DNA from: Spirogloea muscicola
Lineage: Eukaryota
Assembly (NCBI GenBank): GCA_009602725.1
Contig: WELB01000005.1
Location: 333,033 to 397,032 of the forward strand
Direction: 5' to 3'
DNA: 64,000 nucleotides
Shown here: piece after piece, positions 57,031 through 64,000 of the stretch
Layout: each line of letters starts with the position of its first letter
Position numbering within the stretch: the stretch's first letter is position 1
Notes under the pieces: generated by a model
Told to the model about the DNA's origin: nothing
Seen by the model: only the letters and a program-made list of their open reading frames with translations
Databases searched by the model: none
Made by a program: the position numbers and the translations under genes

Positions 57031-60000
57031 CTACTTGACTGTGCCAGCGGCAGTTCGTGACGGTGGTCCCGCACACTGAGAGAGCTTGAGTGCCTTGCAG
57101 GTCGGCAGCGCCAACTTCACAACATTGATCTGAGCGCTGCGCCGTAGCTTGCAGAAGCCATTCACCTTGCCCTGAGTTACCACACCCTCTGATGTGACCT
57201 TAATTCCGATCTGCCGTAGCTTGCGCATGTCACGACCGGTGAGGGACTGCCACGGCGCGTCCCACCACGCATATGGCAGTAACGGTGTCATTGCGCACTG
57301 CACCGTGATTAAACAGACTGGGTCAACCACCACAGGAGAGCATATATTGGTGGTACTCCTTGTTAGTAGGTGGAGAAACGAAATGCAGCACGCCAGCAAC
57401 AGGGCAGCTATGAACCAAGTCATGACCTCAACATGAGAAGCTCATTCCCTGTGCAAAGTATGGCACTGCCACTGCAGCTACCGCTGTTGCTATGTTGGGG
57501 GACTCACTTGGGCCGGCTGGCGCGGGCAACTCAACGGCCCACCAAATGTGTGCCAGGCGTGGCCGCGGCCACCTTGCCGGAGTAGCCCGTGATCCAGCAC
57601 CGCCTTGTTGAAGCAGCTCCAAAAGACAAAGCCCTTATTGTCGCCTTGCTCATCTGCACCCCAATTGTACATTAGTCCGAGCATGTAAATCAAAGCGAGG
57701 AGCTTCCAAATTTGATACTATTGGAAGCAGAATTTGAGGGAGGTGTGATAGGTGGCTGCCAAATGGTCAGGAACATCAATTGTCTCACATCAGACATTTA
57801 CAATGTCTCAGCTAAGGCAGTGATAACGCACTCAAGTTGTTTGCAGCCGCCAAGGATGCCACCAGTTGGGCATACGTCGTGGCCACCCGCCAGGCAGCCG
57901 AGGAGATCACTGCGCGGCGGGCTCGCGCAGCTAGGAAGAAATCTACGAGGGCCACCCACCTGGGCATTGGTCCCCAATCCTTCTTCCTCTTGTCCGGTAC
58001 TTGGAAGGAATCAGCATTCATCTTGTTATTCTCAGGATGCATGTCCATGTAGCCAGCGTAGTCAAAACTGATCACCTGTACAATTACAAACAGACAGGTT
58101 CAATCCATGTCACGCTCAGCAGGTCACACAACGACCTCCATGTCAGAGGGTACGACTGCTGATGATGGTGTCCAGCTCTCTATAATCAAGAACAAACGAA
58201 CATGATGAGAAGTTACTTCAGATCTGATGGTATCACCCCCACTGTCACATTGTCCCTTGGTAAAGATTGGCAAGAAGTTGTGCACCTCACACATTGGGAC
58301 AATGAGAGGAGCATTTGTACCTCAGCAGACTTTCCTAACAGCCTTGTCATGGTTGGTATTGTCGTAGGAGTATCAGAAACTATTACTAGCCGAGGCCGCC
58401 TGCCCTTAAGATATGGATTCGAGTCAATGGCTGTTTGCACACAGGAGGTTGCAGCTGCCAATGTTGTAGGAGATCTGATCAAGGACAATGGTATTCTTAG
58501 CTACGAAACTCAAATCACAGCTTGCATGCACAGAGTGACTCTACCATGACTGACATATGGATGCTATGCTAAGCAGACCAGGCTCACAACAAGCTAGCAA
58601 AAAAAACTGATCAGGTGCTATGCAAGGCTTCTGTGACGAGCAAACAAGTGATTTGAGTAAGTAAGCACAAACTTGCTGTGCAGCATGCGAAGGTGTAGCA
58701 CTAAATCAGGAGCCCTCCCAGCCAGCGTCCAATCCACAGCTTGCTTCACTATAGGGGAGGGCTTGATAAGGACTCGAAGCAACTCTCCAAATACATTAGG
58801 CCGAGAATCTGGATCCCATGGATGCCCCATCACTTGGTAAGCTCTGGCCCGCATGTTCAGTTGTCGGCTCTTCAAGAACCATTGCAACCCCACTGCATCA
58901 GATGCATCTGAGAACCTGCAGATAGGATTGACAAAGGAGCCTACATTACAGGACTTAAATTGGAATCTTTGGAACAATACCAGCATTAATTCTCCACATA
59001 TCAAATAAATACAAACTCAGATATTCCCTATCTATGCACATGTAACACCATACCAGATGATGGGTTCAACCCATCTTGTCCAGTCTTCGCAGAGTACTTT
59101 AGATCGTGTTGGCTGGGCAAAGGAATCTATCCTCATGGTGAGTTCTCGGCCATGGCGGCCCACACAGTCATGCAGTACCCAGAGCCGTTTCACCTCTCCC
59201 ATGCTAAACATCTCTTGGGAGTAGAGTATGTAATCGCCGAATGGAAGCTGTGGCCTGCCTACTCTTACATTGTCGGGCATTGTTGACCTGCGTCAACAGC
59301 AGAGGTGTTGAGGATCTGGTGACAAGACCATATGCAGTGTGTCCAAGCGATGAGGACCTGCTAATCATTCTCAAGCTAGGGAGCTTGTCAAGGAATTTGA
59401 TATGTTGGATACAATACTTGCCACAACTCGATTTGATATGTTGCATACATTGCTTACCACAACACAAACTTATACATGTAATCTCTAAGAGGTTCCTAGA
59501 GAGGGGATTGCCAAAATGCAAGAGGAGGAGCAAAGTGGAACCCACCCGTGCTCTCCTATAATGATTGATCGGTTGAGGAGCATGGCAAGGCCAGCAGCAG
59601 TGACAGCTTTGTAGATATTGTTGCCTAATCCATCATGCTGACCTTTTCCAAGTACAAACCCTTGCTTGCAGAATTCGGAGCCTCGCATCTTTCGCACTGT
59701 TGTAGCACCTGCACGAAAATAGGTAACAGTTGCCATCGCATGGGACGGACTTCACAGTCTGTCAATGATGCATAGCAACCTAGTCCAGTGCATATCTCAA
59801 GAACACACAATGATTTTGAGAATGGATGATATGAGACTCTCCTCCCAGGTTTTGTCAAGCTCACCATGAGCAGCAAGGTGTGATCTAATGAGCTTGCGGA
59901 TTCTGAGACTGGCAGCCCGTGTGTCTCCAACTGCAGCAGCTCCCATTTCCTCCACATTGGCACATTTTTTGGGTGGAGTCCAACGCTCGTGAGCTGGCTC

Positions 60001-62453
60001 AGGCGGCCAATACTCAGGAGGACTTGGGGGCAGCTTGAATCTGATCTTCACAGGCTTTCGCGCTTTACCTCGACTGGTCCCTCTGGCTCTTCTTGCTCGT
60101 GAAAAATCCCCAGTCAGGTCCTCTGCACGCAGGCCAGTATCATCACCGCCTGCATCGGCAGCTAGCAGCCCGTCATCAGAGTCGTCCAGCTGAGACTCAC
60201 CATCCAACATCTTGTCCCCCCTCTCTTCGGCCTCTTCCTTGTCAAAGTCAGCCTCAATCCTCTCTCTTTCATTTTCATTAGCACCACCACCATCACCATC
60301 ACCCTTGTCCCCTTCCTCATCTTCCTTGCCAGCATAATCCACTGATTCCCAAAACCTGGTGAGTGCATCGGTTTCTGCAGCGGTGCAGATCAGATACTCA
60401 TTCACCGAATACTTGACAAAGTATGTCACTCCAGGAACCAATAACGCACAGAGATCTAGAAGACAATATACTGTCGCTCTGCACCCTATAGCATGCAATA
60501 ATTCACAACTTACTAAGCCCTTCACATTAGATATACATGAGGCTGGTGACAACTTCACAGGGTCACAGTTGGGGGCCACGCTTGAGCTACTGCAACAGTA
60601 GGAAGTTAGATACCCTGTCAGCTCTAGACCAGCACAAGCATGAGTGGACATGACGCCTGAGTGTACTCACCATTGAAATCTTCTTTGGCAGCAGCTATTT
60701 CAGCAAGGATCTTCCTTAGCTCCTCCTGCTCCTCTTGTGTTATGACCTCAGCAGGGCCAGGTAATCCAAAACCCCCGACTTGAGGATTGATACTCTTGAC
60801 AGGGGCAACGCTTGCAATGGAGAAGTTCAACACATTGGCAACGAAGCTGCTGCTACTTTTTACGTTTTGGACATCATTGTCATGCAGCGGATCGTCACTC
60901 GTGACAGCTTGAGGGAGCTGATCCTCATGGATAGGGCCTGCTTCTTGAGCACTGCTGGCCTTCTGGTCCTCGTCTGTCTTGTTGAGGCTATCTTGCTCAG
61001 CAACTTTGTCATCAGATGTATTGCCAACTTGATCCTCAGCTGCATTCTCACTTGTAAGACTGTCCCTTGACCCTCTGGCCACAGCAGATTCCTGGCCCCC
61101 ATCCCCAGTATTTGCCTCATCCAACTGCTCACTGTCCTCACGGTCATCAACCATGCCATCAGCAGCCTCATCATCGGGCCCCTTGTTGTCTGGTGCTTTG
61201 ATATCAGTGGCATCCCCTTGGCCCTTGCCAGTGCCACTATTCTCTTTCTCATTGTCGTTGACATCTACCACCATCTCAGATTGTGAAGTTGCTTCCACAG
61301 CCTCTGCAAAGCCAGCCTCATCTGCCTTCTCGGCAGATGAAGCTGTCTCTTGTTCTTGTTCTTGTTCTTCCCCCTGCTCTTCCTCTGGTCTGGCATCAAC
61401 ATCTTTTCCTCCATTGTCAATCTGCTCCTTAGCAACCTCCCCTGCCTTGTCATTCTCAGATCTGTCATCAGCAGCTTCTTTGCTAACATCAGCCTCCTGT
61501 GCACTATCACTGTCACTGTCATCCCTCGAGTTATCAGCCATGCTCTCCTCACCCATCCTCACATCTGAGGTCTCACTGTCCTCGTCATTCTTCTCCTCAC
61601 CTGCAAGCACATGCTGCTCCCCCACGTTGTCATTGTCAACCTCCTCATCTGCTTGACCTTCGCGAGCATCAGTAACTCGAAGAGCCGCAGTGGTGCCTTC
61701 TGGAGAGTCCCTCGTGCTTGATTCATCATCCTCTGCATCTGCATTTCCCCCATCCTCATCAACATCCCCCTTGCCTTGTTCAGTCCTCTCGTCCTCGTCA
61801 ATCTCTCTGCGTACTCCTCCATCCTCCTTGTCGGCTTCACTACTACCTCCTGCTTCTGCACCAGCAGTCTTCTCCTCCTCTGTGCCATCATCCTCGCTTC
61901 CTCCTGCCTCACCATCCTCGTCTCCTCTCTTCTTGTCACTTGTTGGTGCACTTCCTGTCAGATACTGAGCTTTGCTACCGCTGACTACTTCATCTTTCTC
62001 CATGGCTGCGAAGCCGTGCTCCAGCTGCTCTTGTACCCCCATCGAACGCCCTGCACCATCCTCAGGCAGGCTTTCTCGTGGCAAATCAGCACGCCGAACT
62101 GCACTATCGAGCTCGACATTGTGACGAGGCTCCAGAGGCTGCTGATCAGACTTCATTCTCAGTCCTCCTCTGCTACCTCCCAGCCTGTGAGCAAATTCCG
62201 GAGCAGCCTGCCGAGCTCCGAGCTCAAGCAGGGCATCAGCGGCATGGCCGTCGCCGCGGGACTGTGAGACGAGCTGCTGGCCGTCCAGGGCGATGGCCGT
62301 GGAGGCGGGGCCATGCGAGAAGTGCACGCCGACCCAGGCGACGAAGATCACCACCCAGACGGAGAGGACGAGCCACCGGCTGTAGCCCTTGCCCTTGCGC
62401 GACAGCGGCTTGGCGCCGAGCGTGGCGTCCGCCGACGGCTTCCAATACGCCAT
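57031..62453 (-). CDS. Type-II membrane protein: long Asp/Glu-rich stem plus a conserved plant glycosyltransferase-like (fucosyltransferase-like) domain
   Basis: TM segment WLVLSVWVVIFVAWVGVHF near the N-terminus, then about 700 aa of acidic low-complexity sequence. Then CANVEEMG..SLRIRKLI..FCKQGFVLGK..GLGNNIYK...LNRSIII, PFGDYILYS, QWFLKS, PNVFGELLRVLI.PS, PDLVLHLRM, VIVSDTP, DWGPMPRWVALVDFFLAARA and TPLLPYAWWD. Confidence 0.8.
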
Positions 62454-62929
62454 TCCGCGCGCCGGCCGCCGCCACTACACTCGCCCGCAGGCCCTACTAC
62501 CGGCTCATGTGGCCGCGTGGCCGCGTGGCCGCAGCCACCCGGCCAGTGACTCGCCGCACAGTCCGCCGCACTCGCGGCTGCGCCGAGCAGAGGGCCTTGG
62601 CCGCGGGCGCGCGGCGCGGCGGTCAAGCAAGGCCGGGCTAGCTATAGCTGGCTGGCGGGCCCAGGCGGGGGAGGGGGGGCCGGGGGTAGGGAGTGGCGGC
62701 AGGCATTCAAAACGACGGCGAGCCGTTCCGGCTGACCGCCGAAGTCTGCTAGCGGACGTCGTCCGGTCCCCTTCTCTCCGCCCGCCACATGGGAACCGAC
62801 GGCGTGATGCCCTCACCCCGAACGACGAGGCGGCACGAGCTCCTGCACCGGCTGGCGGGCACCGCTGTGTCGTAGACGTCGTTACCACGTCCCTCTTCCG
62901 CTTTTTAGCTTGCACTCGCCTCTGCTTGA

Positions 62930-64000
62930 ACTGTGTATTGGCTTGAATTGGCCTCCCTTTTCATTTCATGCGCCCCGCGCGCCTTACCTTCCGCATGCGC
63001 CTGGCCTTATCGCTTCAACGCTTGCCCACGCCGTCCACACGCGCGCAGGCCGTGCTATGGCCGCCGCCTCTGGGTCTCGGCGGAGTGCCTCTTTCCTGCA
63101 GCGAGCTACTCAGACTTGATGTTGCTCACTCGTGGGTACTGAGCTTCCCTCTCCATCGTTTCTGTGTTCTGCAGTGTTTTGTAGTGTAGTCCTGTCTCCG
63201 GCTCCTCTTTCTTTGGCTTTGGACATTGTCCATTCTTTTTTTTGGGCTGGCTTTGCCAGCCCCTCTTCTCTATGGGCGCGCACTTCTTCTTCTCTATGGG
63301 CGAGCACCTCCTCTTCTCCATGAGCGAGCACTTTCTTCTTACCACGGGGAGCAAGCCGTTTCACGGCTGCAGGCTCTCTCGCCCAGGTGTATCTTTATTT
63401 TTTCAATATCGCTACAGCGGTCAATGCCACACGCGTTGCATCTGCGTGCCAGTCGCCCCTACTGGCTGCAGCCTCTGGCTAAAGACAGGAAATAGAGTGT
63501 CTTAAGTGATAGCTGTAGACAGGGGACCCGTTACGCGGAGACTAGTATTTCTGACTAGTTTTCTGATCTGCGGCTGCTCAACAGGGGATATTGATGTGCA
63601 ATGGCCACTTGAGTCGCTGTGTGCTTCAACGCATTCCTGGCCCCTTCTTCATCCTTTTCTGGGCTGGCCAATCACCGCTATCGCCTCTACTCTCACAGTC
63701 TATCTCTTTCTGACTTGCGGCTGCTAGATGGAGGTTACTAAGTGAGCATCCTTCGTGGTAGGTGCATCATTTCGTGTCCAGTTGTGTAGTTTTCCTTTTC
63801 GGCACCGATTTTGGCCTTTGGCTATTGTCCATCCTTTTCTGGGCTTTCTTTGCTAGCCCTCTTTTCCATGGGCGTTCTGACATAGCATCTTCAGGCCGCA
63901 TCTTCAGGCCCCTTCGTAGCTGCTTATCGTTGTTTTAGGCCCCTGCGTCATATGGCCCCTTCGAACGTTTGTCAATTCTTTTTGGGCTGGCTTTTCGCAG
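62930..64000 (+). mobile_element. Further CRE-like element 3' fragments and shared 3' hairpin units
   Basis: FRMRLALSLQR../AHAVHTRAGRAMAAASG../FPAASYSDLMLLTRGY* (62988-63142). Decayed copy ISLQRSMPHALHLRASR at about 63405-63460. Motif ttgtccattcttt..gggctgg at 63226, 63650, 63826 and 63969. Confidence 0.8.

Overview
Gene-dense, intron-rich eukaryotic nuclear DNA. It is most consistent with a GC-rich green/streptophyte alga (plant-type proteins, TTTAGGG-like repeats, GT-AG introns); the species cannot be fixed from sequence alone. About 12 spliced protein genes can be reconstructed by hand: KIN17, a bacterial-type gamma-glutamyltranspeptidase, a very divergent DP (E2F partner)-like factor, DIM1, SUV3, organellar IleRS, CTR9/VIP6 (cut at a 1-N gap), ALKBH1, a small secreted AP-repeat protein, an ERdj3A-like DnaJ/thioredoxin-fold protein, a probably plastid-targeted MATE transporter, and a type-II membrane glycosyltransferase-like protein with a very long acidic stem. 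Intergenic space holds many shuffled, inverted and internally deleted fragments of a CRE-like (RLE-type) non-LTR retrotransposon family sharing a conserved 3' hairpin motif. Gene 5' ends are (GCC)n-rich and coincide with assembly gaps; degenerate telomere-like arrays sit in early introns. The best new observation is in the MATE gene: two tandem, homologous, identically phased exons for transmembrane helix 1 (51342-51484 and 51647-51768). They cannot be spliced together in frame, so they are candidate mutually exclusive exons, and they swap the TM1 acidic residue (ET vs DT). All exon models are manual and unconfirmed by transcripts.
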